From positions 186,001 through 250,000 of the forward strand of contig JAUFOR010000004.1 of the NCBI GenBank assembly GCA_040285745.1: 64,000 nucleotides of DNA. Direction: 5' to 3'. Both the position numbers and the translations under genes were made by a program. The notes below the pieces were generated by a model. The model had not been told where the DNA came from. It searched no databases and worked only from the letters and a program-made list of their open reading frames with translations. Of the stretch, positions 12,001 through 19,500 are shown one piece after another. Positions within the stretch are counted from its first letter, which is position 1. Every line of letters starts with the position of its first letter. The stretch is from Barthelona sp. PCE. Lineage: Eukaryota.

Positions 12001-13133
12001 ACTCCATTGAAGCTCGCAGACTCAACAATGTGATTAACCGATATCTCGAGATTGACTCATCTGCATCCCTCTCCAAGGATGAAGCCAAGCTCATTACCAG
12101 TCTTAGCGTTGCAGCTCAGAACGGTTCATCAGTTTCTATTGGTGCTAGCAAGGTTAACGATCTCACATCAATATTTGATCGTTGTCTGAGTGAGTTGAAC
12201 GCTGCTGTTGATTTCTTTGCTTCAAAGATGAACGTTGACCAGTACATTCTCCCTGGTTCAAAGGTTGGAGACATACTACCGGTGCTCAAACAGTTGCCCG
12301 TGCCTCTTCTTTCACGCGATGAGGCTGACATCATCGGTGTGCTTCAGCACGCTGCTGACAATAAGAGCACTGCACCTCTTGGTGGCACTCAGATTAACTC
12401 CGTTGCGGCCATTCTCGAGAAACTGCTCGAGAAGCCCAAGGTCCTTGATTCTGATGACACCAACATCGACGCTACAAACCAGTTGCATAACGTAATTGTT
12501 AAGAGCCGTCGTTCTTTGGCTGAAGCTGCTAACACCAGCGTATCATTTGAGGATATTGTCAAGGATCCAATTATTAAGAACGTTATGGCTGAACTCTTCT
12601 TCTCACGCGAATCGCAAAGCTCTGTTACTCTCCAAGTACCTAAGCTTGAGAAGCTCACCATGTTCGTAGGCCAACTCCACACCGGATCTCTTTCCGAAGA
12701 CGTCCGTGAACTCATTAACGAATTGACCGCTGCAGCTAAGGCTAAGCGATCACTGCGTCTTGATGAGGAGAAGGTCATTCTGCTTCATTCGACGCTCGTC
12801 GATCACATGATGAAGCGCCCTGACGTTGACACGTCACACCTTCAGTTCAATGGTGCTACAGAATCGAGTACACCTACTTCCAGACTGAAGTTTAAATCTG
12901 CCGTTCAAGGTTTGGTTGATCGCGCCAAGTTAAACAACTTAACTGGTAAATCTGCCAAGGCTGAAGAGGATGAAGAGGAGCCTGCTTCTCAGTTCTCTGA
13001 TCTTCTTAGTAAGCTTCGTGATCAAAAAGATGAGGGTCCTAACGCTATGGCTTTTGCCCGTGCCGTTAGATTGGCTGGCTCTCAACGTATCTCACTTTCT
13101 AAGGATGAGTTGCAGAAACTTAAGGATAATTAA
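1..13133 (+). CDS. Giant (>4370 aa, probably 5'-partial) single-pass surface protein: Gly/Thr/Asn-rich beta-helix-like repeats, EGF-like and PSI modules, one TM helix, long cytoplasmic tail
   Basis: ORF 21..13133 is open back to the window edge (ggt aaa atc act ggt gat ATG) and has no signal peptide at Met21, so the true start is probably upstream. EGF-like CFCNYGFEGETCS, PSI-like CVSHQFCGWCKSSDTC, hydrophobic VMTILLVVLVLMMLTVLAYVFVI (~9411-9480) followed by basic RPRRKRK. Confidence 0.85.
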   Translation, partial: GKITGDMVVSAPLVDLGSGSYNPVFIGSGSIEAEVLGFNRASVSIANWEILVLNETSFDSQTLTVSSLFTLGADCVVSVTDTCDLRGPDNTKLVYKNLGSFTLDGAFTAYIDGFHNLKTFDMINGVTLVPLSFTNSKTLTVDATSTINMNSYSGQNVKFSNVWGSVLITDGAIEMVHANTVFDLQGSLTIQGVGSVSVQAGELNIFDSSSITQNSPIVVHSTGDIIVPWTDQTVNLGDITVNSGGTLRMNADATVDNLIVENGQIYINTTFSVVSSGDLRADAILTGPGKWHSDASVSVTADPVHLRVPLVIGDGASLTVEPSGHLMLEVNAAIENPDADFVNNGTITSIAHTTQSTYNISSLVQANGALNVHGDIRVCNLDIEGGTITLVGDLNPYCNLNMRGGILLGAGQIRGPFEFAVVGGKYFAVATKFYLETGAVAYVEDGVLDCQEGFELRTEDASTPLRITGPNGVITFTPKTDPTEEFIIDTIEQLDGTLDIAAPLRVSKLLESKGGAVNITSELVIESDFTLDGASMTGVGGGKWTVESAAKATIISGSFDGPFDTNIEGLVEMKGTLNINQPFNLTVSPGTFSVLYGTISSHSAGVNFIVASGGELLTNNYQDLLFQTDNDDSHLVVEVGGKWSLNSIRKTVVKWPTLIEGEVNCYGSKLSFESDSMTTGDWYINKDCVIELKSGEHNVTDTGRFIGNGTVELSSIFNLNGTNDLNDATRGFFIKNGVFNLYTSSSCPGVIQQNGGTLDFEAKTDPYHVGTLILSNGAVFTNTEDVIIDSALKLYDATLHLIKNMIVNASFLVQDGTIENIGTLSVYKGMIWNNGIISGSAITLNISSDVSFSGVMTLNDAPTINLIEGTWFHSSGVINVGAGSVFNVYENATFALGTITTYVMAGINHNFNVYGELLVQTTGTFQLKWKMNLKPTGKILCDTGRLLLSTDSVHNGTWEVTSDCDIAFISGEHKLNPSLHVFGGGLVETIAATIHVYTDVNLETRGFLINDTFADVYVYADAGFSGVLTLKKGDIQAVEGNITVGTFDCLDGKVQQSAVNPTTIITQGNVLVDGCHWKVPPISTLMINSTLHNHEDISDNGLIHVLPDGVAFYHVTSFENPVLVDGIFNLPSGEVSLDSTFTINPQGTLFLSDNAVLTASFAGLFNSFGTVSVYSGGVALLQDLYVGGFINLPNNANLTIVNTELVDCNVNMTSNGYLLVDIGVDNAIRDSNFTGGNVVFTTTDSDLQARLGGINSTNTLWTIYGGSVLLDDSFIDVNVLDPVFRVYGGSLRLSFISADTHQIGTLLIDGGSVEIDHPTEIIGNATLYSGDIGGSSQLNVSGLIWHGGSLNLVAPIYAIDLMDIDVVGFPINLEGLTFYNLGDCVWSNGNVTASTGRLYNYGNFTLLADNSQFVLDEETPQTRFINFGNLIKTSSTITQIEGLRNEGNITVLEGRLSLSKLSEVNNGNINIYNSGSLAFEGGEHILQADIGGDTSGYVVTSGEHTSLTVRGSLDISSITAESGTTYVEHDGATTNPNMNVTILDGVLYMSPSGSASTPGKINTLKVFGGEAIVSGTTLAKRVEIDDGTLRITSELGVDDDVVLLKGDVVGNGTLNGTCSIDASNPISEELVSLSMNVECGGNLIVGKNGPVILDLHEPFTHQTTGLFQVESGSTVNIKAPASSGFEYEVGNIILQDGLINVEEGMYNVVLRSSSMTVNNANANMYFARDGTISADVTQLLTCDTITGDGIIAADDLLMTECDISGSVLVDTRLLEIDGTPSMYDSSRLDAEDATFTNGILSLSSSAVLSIENSGTFTNNDFSITADGDNFVYNYGTITIPSTNNNVRIDRVENYGVLTHDGNSLVLRGGSFTNGTLTVQGPITFDIGTHIIYGAGVTFTMADAVTIEGTLRLDQCDVALSNVISFGSATATLQLANGAYLHNIASTLDITNGIFSFKGSVESTIDELAIFGGGKVELEAGSYGHITRLDLYDELKSNGQLRVDTLRWYAGSLTAEGTTIVESDLEFGNGVKDIKQDHRLAINMTTYDWNAGTFSIYDDAQFIVGSECTLNIGQAVTLSMDSDSQFVVEGNLNMNTVNDVVIPTMSVDSDSTVDVSKGTLIIGHGSSIYGTLSVTSSGHLILKNSIKMNEDASISVASGAGFTLMTATVELNERSSLTVSSIHLAGSTLRILDNSTVTTTSIETDSGSNSIEGSDMLSVTSLTMNANLILRTLRVVVTDTFTWNSGNIQLYDGAVLVLPTGSTFEDKSDGVIMQSATNPGMFIIEGEYIKSSGTSTISSRGIVNGTIDISGGSIRIDADTEGGLDVQGPLTMSSSASINVVAGWFNMTDTAALLGNVQTSGEDARLYVNGRISLSNPLMVNFGRFIIDSSAIIDTSGVDAVTVNVDFCADLGLSYETKSSSTEWYYYCEEQGVHVVNYHPSTNSYGKPYIGAMKLMKGAAHFHTDAIIGELTLGGTGHIHIPVRTTNVTNNIATGGFTDLTNGLFFRNTGEGHFVGRGTITLNHGYCKPDECFCNYGFEGETCSQDCSSYTVDTDCVSHQFCGWCKSSDTCLVASITTGTPLVDTCEEFYYGTIEHCDGVLEAWPANPVSPDMIFGFSNSKQKFMFTIDYNYIRGGVTFVADMTSYDPSRDIFVPNVCENRDANTLRHHAYSDFDTTAPHASISQAVGSNYIAYPSGGSFWSLTNRSCSETRYSAQFSFSDIFGCVDTSSSSVSPLIAEKVNNNTGFFSVYGTMYFTGIDPRSGLDDVIKGTWSRPFTYQFNLGGRGVELQECSMETDDCNVINDFTSNYKFSNASIQTIYMNNVNGSDYLTLSIVIDTVADDAQRRYRLKEFESPSGLDFSVDMDHLGRVDYQRWTINMNVSASDNITHPYEFVGTYGLAFYIQTKCITIAQCEDLQSDLYLKFKFNMRAIKMPTFDSVADEGTGIIFYQQSILGHTSSVNMLDSNVGPYEADKLINAKIFTLLDPISNMLTDNARVEMTIVNVTMCFADDDYLPAYDASGSQGCFDASEYTRIISDGSVVASDIYAPSMFTIDGLSPSATVSMSNIDDTSALGKVLRFKIPEIPYSDILYVDVGVELEITTGSTQTVNHHIISGIHVEGKTIIRQSTPTKPDDSSVMTILLVVLVLMMLTVLAYVFVIRPRRKRKLLTGTKNGTDVAAMLDTIKNQPEDEIASDAERQMKSSVSLKELLTVASSVGRLQASRSVANMTRAKAMRLAEQQEERAKSGDPRFKRLYSQLGFGTPGDDDYLDQTLEDSIEGQEIAKDILESHEFPNMPSVADLNVSESTVFNVLDDPEANLPQIIDGDDKKKKKKRRKKKGRTTILPQLSTFDNDGNSGQDLFQELFDPSSKIEDEDDDVDSYINTDFAEIIKKVVDAHELGDSITLEPHELRSVCRMCITISPYAFRDEEAQLIENLADAWHEGRSEYVEFNDVSALAMFIAVDEGLPFAKDSDKVVAKLSLGLTFSIRNASTVVLTPVEVDLLTQAVNSTPMSRFTTQDCEIAARLARSSFANIELELDSSEAERIIRILRFTRIYGYDVHDPSVDKLRNMLHDNATIHHRNTTLSPVETERLAIVLSKVPIDGLKPKQARAVTELIKARNSGAPVSLGPKRAYRVASAIKMIIEQPSLVTQGSMMRMDSSVGLIGHGASRSSLSSAGSMSNVRSSAALSPLARSASMMLTGTVKAKQLLRKQRKRRSGSATSRGSTSSIDSLVTDPLAELKEKLTKYVTRMQAATLPTNDVDALVRAFESMVSNDLNAEQVDVIQKLVSIQDSGAPQIFSVREMQAILNVVEGSTFSADAFNYVYTEQFEVPTAMDRSELPFVHSFLQTLDKSTFNANEVEVFDEVTSEYWSSNSGAVNFTTRQSNALSHLLNRVSGVGETIVKKLRNETAEGLNVELTNEEQFIITSVVPIDKLQKSDGLSPKEKAILIRLNSAAKTSEELSFNPVQAEIVGRLLRDATLPRRLKSVVLDFSASKLVDSIEARRLNNVINRYLEIDSSASLSKDEAKLITSLSVAAQNGSSVSIGASKVNDLTSIFDRCLSELNAAVDFFASKMNVDQYILPGSKVGDILPVLKQLPVPLLSRDEADIIGVLQHAADNKSTAPLGGTQINSVAAILEKLLEKPKVLDSDDTNIDATNQLHNVIVKSRRSLAEAANTSVSFEDIVKDPIIKNVMAELFFSRESQSSVTLQVPKLEKLTMFVGQLHTGSLSEDVRELINELTAAAKAKRSLRLDEEKVILLHSTLVDHMMKRPDVDTSHLQFNGATESSTPTSRLKFKSAVQGLVDRAKLNNLTGKSAKAEEDEEEPASQFSDLLSKLRDQKDEGPNAMAFARAVRLAGSQRISLSKDELQKLKDN

Positions 13134-13187
13134 TCTTTTCATGTAAACAATTATTATATCACCGTTTTTTTTTCAATTCACATTATT

Positions 13188-13739
13188 TTATTCTCGAAGA
13201 ATTGCACTGTCCTCAACTATCAATACAATAGACTTTTGTTTTAACCAGCGTGCATCAAAATTGTTAAATACTTGCACTTTATATGTTGCAATACGATCCT
13301 CCTTCTCATTAAAGAATGTTTCTGTTATGTACCCGATAATTACCCGGTCTTTAGTGCAAACTGTTGCAGATGAAAGTACAGGAGTGCCTGGAAGTCCAGA
13401 AAAAAAAAATTCTCTACAATATACATCTGAAATTAATCCAAATGGTTGAATTTTGGTGTCTTCACTGATGCTATTCAGTTCACATTCTTCAGGATCAAGG
13501 TATTGACTTTCCAGTATGAAATTTTCACTCATTTCTCCGTCATCTGTTGTGTTCAGATACTCTTCTTCTTCATATAAATCGTCTGGATTGGGGCCAGTGC
13601 CCCCAATTTCTCTATCAATTACTGAACCACATGTCTGTACATCGTTTGGAAATTCTTTTGGTGATGCTTCTTTTGTGTCCTCAATAAATGTTTCCATTTC
13701 TTCCTCTGAAAAGTCAGATATATCGCTTTCGTCACTCAT
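13188..13739 (-). CDS. NAF1: NAF1/Gar1-domain protein (H/ACA RNP assembly factor-like)
   Basis: Acidic N-terminus, then FGLISDV...PGTPVLSSATVCTKDRVIIGYITETF...YKVQ, resembling the Gar1/Naf1 beta-barrel (ATG-started, 183 aa). Confidence 0.55.
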   Translation of the reverse strand: MSDESDISDFSEEEMETFIEDTKEASPKEFPNDVQTCGSVIDREIGGTGPNPDDLYEEEEYLNTTDDGEMSENFILESQYLDPEECELNSISEDTKIQPFGLISDVYCREFFFSGLPGTPVLSSATVCTKDRVIIGYITETFFNEKEDRIATYKVQVFNNFDARWLKQKSIVLIVEDSAILRE

Positions 13740-14081
13740 TTTTATATATTTGTGTGGTTGAAAAGGTTAAAAAAAACGCAACGTTTGTAATTTACTCTTA
13801 AAAGACCTATACCTGCAATGATGGTAGTAACTCGCGTTAATATAATTATTTATGTGATTAAATTACCATAAAAACAGGGTATATGTAATAAACCATATTC
13901 ACACGATATGTATGGTACAATAATCGAAAAGAGTTACACGCGTCTCATAAATAGTATATAAATTTCACATGCAACACAATAACTGCCAAATAGTCTCCCA
14001 AACAGTGTACTTGTTATTCTCACTTTACACACCGTACTTGTTTTTTTTTTGTACCGTCATAACAGTTAAAGCTTCACATAA

Positions 14082-15320
14082 ATGTCAAACGAGAACCCTT
14101 TTTTTCTAAACGAGGAGTACAAGGCCTGGAAGAAAAATTCTTCCTACATATATGATACTGTCGTCACACAATGTCTTGACAGCATTTCTTACACTGTATC
14201 CATGCTCCCAGATGTTACAAAAATGGACGAATTCATTAAGTACAGATGTTTGTTAGGTACTAACCAACCTTCTGAAGATGAAACCAACTCTTTATTGCTT
14301 GGAGAGCTTAAGATCCCTCGCCACGACCTCGAATTCGATGTAACTGATTATTCCTCAGCAATGTTACCGTTCAACTCCACGGACAAGGACGCTGTTTCGT
14401 GCTTCAAAATTGTACAGGCCATCCATGTTGACTCCCCTGTCAACGTTGTCAGGTATTGTCAACAAGAGGCATCCCTCATCGGTGTACGTACTTCAAAGTC
14501 AGGTTATCTCTACGATCAGAAGATGTTCCCATCCAAGCCTCAGGAAAACAGCAAACCAACGTTCACCCTTGGTGAGTGTGTGGGTGACAGTTGGGCATTT
14601 GAGTTTGATACCGCCACGTCAACGAAAATTGCTACGGGATCTCCCCTCTTTGATGAAAGTCCCGATACTCTTTTGATATATGACATATCACAAGAGAGCT
14701 CAAACGTCATCCACCCGTTTTACACCATCGCCATGGATTCTGTTGTGTGTGATGTCTCTTGGCACCCAATGTCGAGCAACATTGTTTCTGTCGCGCTAGA
14801 TGACGGTGGCTTCCAGCTCATTGATGTTAGAGACGATAAAACAGCCGAGCACAGGTGTGCAGCGCACCTGGGGGGTTGCAACTCAATAGACTGGAACTGT
14901 TACGCACATCACATCATTGTAACCGGTGGAAGCGACGCTAACTGCAACGCGTGGGACATCAGGAACCCAAACAAAGCACTGCACACATTCACTGGACACA
15001 CAGACGAGGTGTACAAGGTCAAATGGTGTCCTCATAACGAGGCACTGTTTGCCAGTTGTGCAGCTGATCGTAGAGTCATTTTGTGGGATCCTGCACGTAT
15101 TGGTATGACCCAGAGCGAGGAGGATTCGAATGATGGACCGCCAGAGATGCTATTTGTCCACGCAGGACACATAAACAGAGTTAATGATATTTGTTGGGCA
15201 CCCGACTCTCTTATGCTCGCATCAACCGCTGAGGATTCTTTATTAGAGTTCTGGCGCCCTGCTGCAAATATTTTCGCAGCTGCCACCCTTCCAAACGTTA
15301 CAGATAAAGATTTAGAGTAA
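14082..15320 (+). CDS. RBBP4: WD40 histone-binding protein RBBP4/MSI1/CAF-1 p48
   Basis: N-terminal NEEYKAWKKNSSYIYD, WD40 repeats, C-terminal EDSNDGPPEMLFVHAGH signature. Confidence 0.93.
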   Translation: MSNENPFFLNEEYKAWKKNSSYIYDTVVTQCLDSISYTVSMLPDVTKMDEFIKYRCLLGTNQPSEDETNSLLLGELKIPRHDLEFDVTDYSSAMLPFNSTDKDAVSCFKIVQAIHVDSPVNVVRYCQQEASLIGVRTSKSGYLYDQKMFPSKPQENSKPTFTLGECVGDSWAFEFDTATSTKIATGSPLFDESPDTLLIYDISQESSNVIHPFYTIAMDSVVCDVSWHPMSSNIVSVALDDGGFQLIDVRDDKTAEHRCAAHLGGCNSIDWNCYAHHIIVTGGSDANCNAWDIRNPNKALHTFTGHTDEVYKVKWCPHNEALFASCAADRRVILWDPARIGMTQSEEDSNDGPPEMLFVHAGHINRVNDICWAPDSLMLASTAEDSLLEFWRPAANIFAAATLPNVTDKDLE

Positions 15321-15330
15321 AAAAAATTTC

Positions 15331-16059
15331 TTAAATTGTATGATTTACAAGCTGTTCCTCGTTTAATGATGGTCTTACTGGTAGTGGAGGAGGTACTCCT
15401 ACAGGTGCTTGTCGCTCAAATTCCCTTGCACGTCGCAAATTTTCCTCCTCAGCACGCATTGCTGCTTCCATTGCCCGTTGTTCCTCCTGAGCGCGTTGTG
15501 CAGACTCCTGAGCTTCACGCATAGCTGCCTGTGATTGATGCAAAGCTTCCTCCATTTCACGACGCATAGCCTCCTGCTCAAAATCTTCACGAGCACGCAA
15601 TTGCTCACGTTCTCTACGCGCTTCCATTTCTCGTTGTCGTTGTTGTAAAAAGTATTGTCGCGCCCCGTCCTGTCCCGCCCGTAGTTCGAGTTGTGCACGC
15701 CTTATAGCTTCCTGCATATCTTGTTCTTCTCTCTCCTCCGCATTATTCGCCTCCATTTCTAATCTTTCGGATATTGCACGTTGATTCTCAGCAAGACGAA
15801 GTCGTCTGAGCATATCACGTCTATGCTGTGGCTGAGGTGGAACTTGTTGGTTTGATTGAGGTGGTATGATCAACGGCTGTTGAACAAGTCTTGCCACTTC
15901 TGCTACCAGCTCCCGAATTCGTTTTTCATGGTTTTGAACTACCTCTTTTAAAGATGCACAATTGTCATTTAAAGCTTTGTTCTCCATCGTCAGTGAATCC
16001 AAAGCGTGTTGCAACTCTAAACAATCTGAGCATTGAGGTTCTGATGATACTGTGGGCAT
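15331..16059 (-). CDS. Hypothetical Q/E/R/A-rich coiled-coil protein
   Basis: 242-aa ATG ORF with heptad-like charged helices; TGTAAA motif just before the stop. Confidence 0.7.
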   Translation of the reverse strand: MPTVSSEPQCSDCLELQHALDSLTMENKALNDNCASLKEVVQNHEKRIRELVAEVARLVQQPLIIPPQSNQQVPPQPQHRRDMLRRLRLAENQRAISERLEMEANNAEEREEQDMQEAIRRAQLELRAGQDGARQYFLQQRQREMEARREREQLRAREDFEQEAMRREMEEALHQSQAAMREAQESAQRAQEEQRAMEAAMRAEEENLRRAREFERQAPVGVPPPLPVRPSLNEEQLVNHTI

Positions 16060-16175
16060 TCTAAGATATTTTTGATTCGTAAAAAATGTTGTATAAAAGA
16101 TAACAAGACCTGAATATCAAATAAATGTAAATTTGTTCTTGTAAAAGAGCAAAAAAAAACTAAAGCGATTTTTAT

Positions 16176-16449
16176 GCTGAAACAAAGCGGTGACATACAG
16201 GCGCTAGCCTTCAGACTTTATACTTGAGGTAGTAAACAGCGGAGGGGGACGAAGCGAACCGTCATGTGTAGTAGGTGTCCGTAGGACCCGATACGGTTTT
16301 TCTTACCTTTTTCAAAAAAAAAAAGGTTTTAGGCCACTTCCCGGACGAAACACCCTCTACACGTGAAGGCGAGCCTTCCCACGTGAGCGTTCCCCGACGT
16401 CAATAAACCTACTTCAGTATAATCAAAACCAAACATCACAAGTTTCAGC
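16176..16449 (+). ncRNA. Candidate 274-nt rod-like structured RNA or fold-back element
   Basis: Nested inverted repeats: 16176-83/16442-49, 16218-24/16416-22, 16226-32/16409-15, 16244-51/16388-95, 16262-71/16357-66, 16277-81/16342-46, 16305-12/16320-27. The non-Watson-Crick pairs in these stems are G-U on the + strand. Confidence 0.55.
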
Positions 16450-16595
16450 CTTCAAAGATAAGGACATTTGCCATAAACTGTTTAACAGAAAAAATTTATA
16501 TCTTCTTATCAACAAGTTATATGCCGATAATCTTGAAGAACAAGTTATAAATGCTCAGCTGATCGTAAACAAGAACTGGAAACAAGCAAATTCAT

Positions 16596-19500
16596 TTATT
16601 CAGTGGTGTTTTCCTCATGATCAGGGCGAATGATTGGGCGAATGTAAGGCTCGATATCCTTCTTGGATGCAATCCTCTTGGTGCCGATGCGGAAAGCTGA
16701 AACCGAATCACGAGACATACTGGTGTAATAAGTACCTGCGCGAATCATATCCAAGAATCTGGTCAAAACATTGAAATATGAAGTGTCTGAGACACGAGCA
16801 CGTAAAAATGTCTCAAGAGGGATGCGATCGATATAAGAAGAAGGATATAGATAAGTACCACTGTAACCAATACCACCATCAGTGAACACCTTAAGCATAA
16901 TCGTCATCCATCTTAGCTTTAAGCATGACTTCAAATCAGAGTCCTCGATCAATTTCATGGCCTTGCACATATTATCTACCGTCTCAGAACGAACTTCAAC
17001 GTACATGAGTGCACCTAAGAGAGAAAAGTGATTGCCGTTGTAAGAAATGTGAGGTAGCTTCAATTCGCCACTGTAAAGCTTGAGAACTGCCTTAATGGCG
17101 GGAATGAGCTCATGGTAACCAGCGATAAATGTCTTCCACCAAACCTCTCCGATATGGAAGCCATCGATCTCGTTGTAACACTCAAGCATGAAAGTAGAGA
17201 TGGTTCTGAAGAACTCCCGTGTGAGAGCAATATCGTCCTTCAGATAGTACTTGCACACATCAGTAAGCTTCTGAGCAACCAAATTGTTGTTCAAGAAAGG
17301 CACATACAACTGGTGGGTGCGATCGCGGGCCTTTGCCAGGTGCTGCTCGATAGAAACAGTGAGGTTCTCGCGGAAAGTGTCCTTGAGAGGCTCGAGCATC
17401 TTTAGGAGGCGCTTGCTATCACGACGCTGAGAGAAGACGAGGCAGATCATCTCGGTGAAGCGGCTGAAGTAGCGGAAGATGGGCTGGGCGTACTGCTCAC
17501 AGAACTGCAGGAAGCGGTCAGGGAGCGATACATTAACAAGAGAGTAACCTTGGTTGTGAAGAGAGGCATTAATGATGGAATTAAGGACGATCTCGACGTT
17601 CTTGTAGTCGGTACGAGTGTCACGGAACTCCTTCTCCATGATGGGGCAGAGCCAGTGGCCAACAACACAATTGAAGGCATCGTTCCAGTGCTCGGTGCCG
17701 ATCTTGTTGTAGAGGAAGGTGATGAACTCAACGATGCGCTCGACAATCACAACAACACCGTAGAAACGGCGTGCAGCGAGACCGACGAGCTGCCAGTACT
17801 CACTCTCGAAAACGGAATCGCTCCATCCCTTGTTGAGCATGAGAGAGATCTGATCAACGGCGAAGTTGAGCAGAACAAGACGGACATCGACTGCCATGGT
17901 CTCCTGGTCCCACATAACCTTTAGGAAGGCGGCGGGGTTAACGCCAGCGTTCTGACGGGATAGTGCCTGGACAACACCGATAATCATCTTCATGGGAGTG
18001 ATGCCGAAGCGCCACTCATCGGAATATGCGAGAGCAATGAGATCATCGAAAAGACGCTTCTGCTCCTCGACAGACGTGTGCATGACATATCCCTCGAGAA
18101 GAGTGCGTACGAAAGGAGCAGACTTGGGGATGGTGAGGGCAGTGAGAAGCGCGGAGCGGGCCATCTCAGCGAAAGAGAGATCGGTGAGGCACATAATGCG
18201 GCCGAGGATGAAGATGACGCGCTTGAAGAGCTCAAGGATGTTTGAGTTGGTGAAAGCACGGTTGGAAAGGTGTGTGAAGCCAATGATGCGCTTGACGAAC
18301 TCTTCATTGAGGAAGGTTGTGGAGAAGCGAAGGGAGAACTGCAGAGTACGGAGCATGTTGTTAATCTCGTTCAGGTCCAGGGTGCTGTTGATCAGATCAG
18401 AGATGCTCTCGACGAGGTCACGGCGGGACTGAAGCATCTCCTTGTACTCAGCTTCGGCCTCCTCATCCTCGATGTCGCGGTCACTCATCTCAGAGATATC
18501 GCGGTCGAGCTCCTCGAGATCGGCGTAAAGACCGAACAGCTTGTCGAGGGGATCAAAGTAATAAGCAATCTCATCGCGAACCTGGATAGCAAGGGAATCG
18601 AAGCGCTCAACGTTAGGGATGTCATAAACGGAGCTGATTCTGTACATCTTGCTAACGAAGTCACTGCGAGTAATGATACGGCTGTTCGTTAAGGGGTCTT
18701 GGTAACCCTTGACAACCTTGTGGCGGGCCTTGGGGCGAGCAATGGGATAAACCTTGTCTGGTCCGGGCATATCAGTGGCGTCGACACAGAGCATCCTGAG
18801 GGCAGTGAAGGTGCTGCCGTTACAGAGGGAAATGTACTGGTCAAGAGAGTATTGACGCACAAGTTCTTGGTTATCAAAGCACAACTGTTTCTCCGCATAG
18901 TTCCAAACACGGCGGCTGATAAGCGTATGAATTAGACTATTGAAGATGTGCTGAAGAATAGACATATCAGTGCTGGCTGTGGCTTGACGAGCAAGAAGGC
19001 CATCAATGACGTAGCGATAGCATTCTTCAGACACGTAGTTGACGATCTTGTTGTACTTATCGTGACGCTCATGAGTGCTGTTGTTGCGCTTATCATCGAG
19101 GTTATAAATAGTGTAACATTTACCACGCTCGAACCTGTGAGGTAAGATAACGTAAGGTAGTTGTGTGTAAAAACTGTGATGGTTGATAAGAGCGTATCTG
19201 ATGAAAGTGTCTGCGCACTCATTGCGCTTCTCAACCTTCTCATCGTAGATATCAGCAATCTCCATCATCTTGTCAAAGAAGTGCTTCATGTGCTCAAGAG
19301 GGAAGAAATTAGGAGCAATCTTGTGGTTGACCATAAACTGGTACAAATTCATTGACTTGTAGATGTAGTGCATGATCTCATGATCAATGTTGGCGATGAA
19401 GTACTCAGCGAGGTTGTCGACTGTCTCAGGCTTGTAGAAGAAGGGACTGTGATCATAATCGATATTGATGTAACAGTAAGAATCCTCAGGAACACGACCG

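Noticed and set aside
16225-16234. TGAGGTAGTA identical to the let-7 5' end
   Set aside because: Only 10 nt match, the remainder diverges, and let-7 is animal-specific.
16261-16301. GTGTAGTA resembling the U2 snRNA branch-site recognition sequence, with a short 5S rRNA-like match
   Set aside because: No U2 stem I or Sm site and no 5S helix I; the segment is buried in the long rod pairing.
16277-16354. Hammerhead-like GTCCG...CGGAC-GAAAC
   Set aside because: The essential CUGANGA core is missing 5' of the stem, which reads GTAGTAGGT, so it is not callable as a hammerhead.
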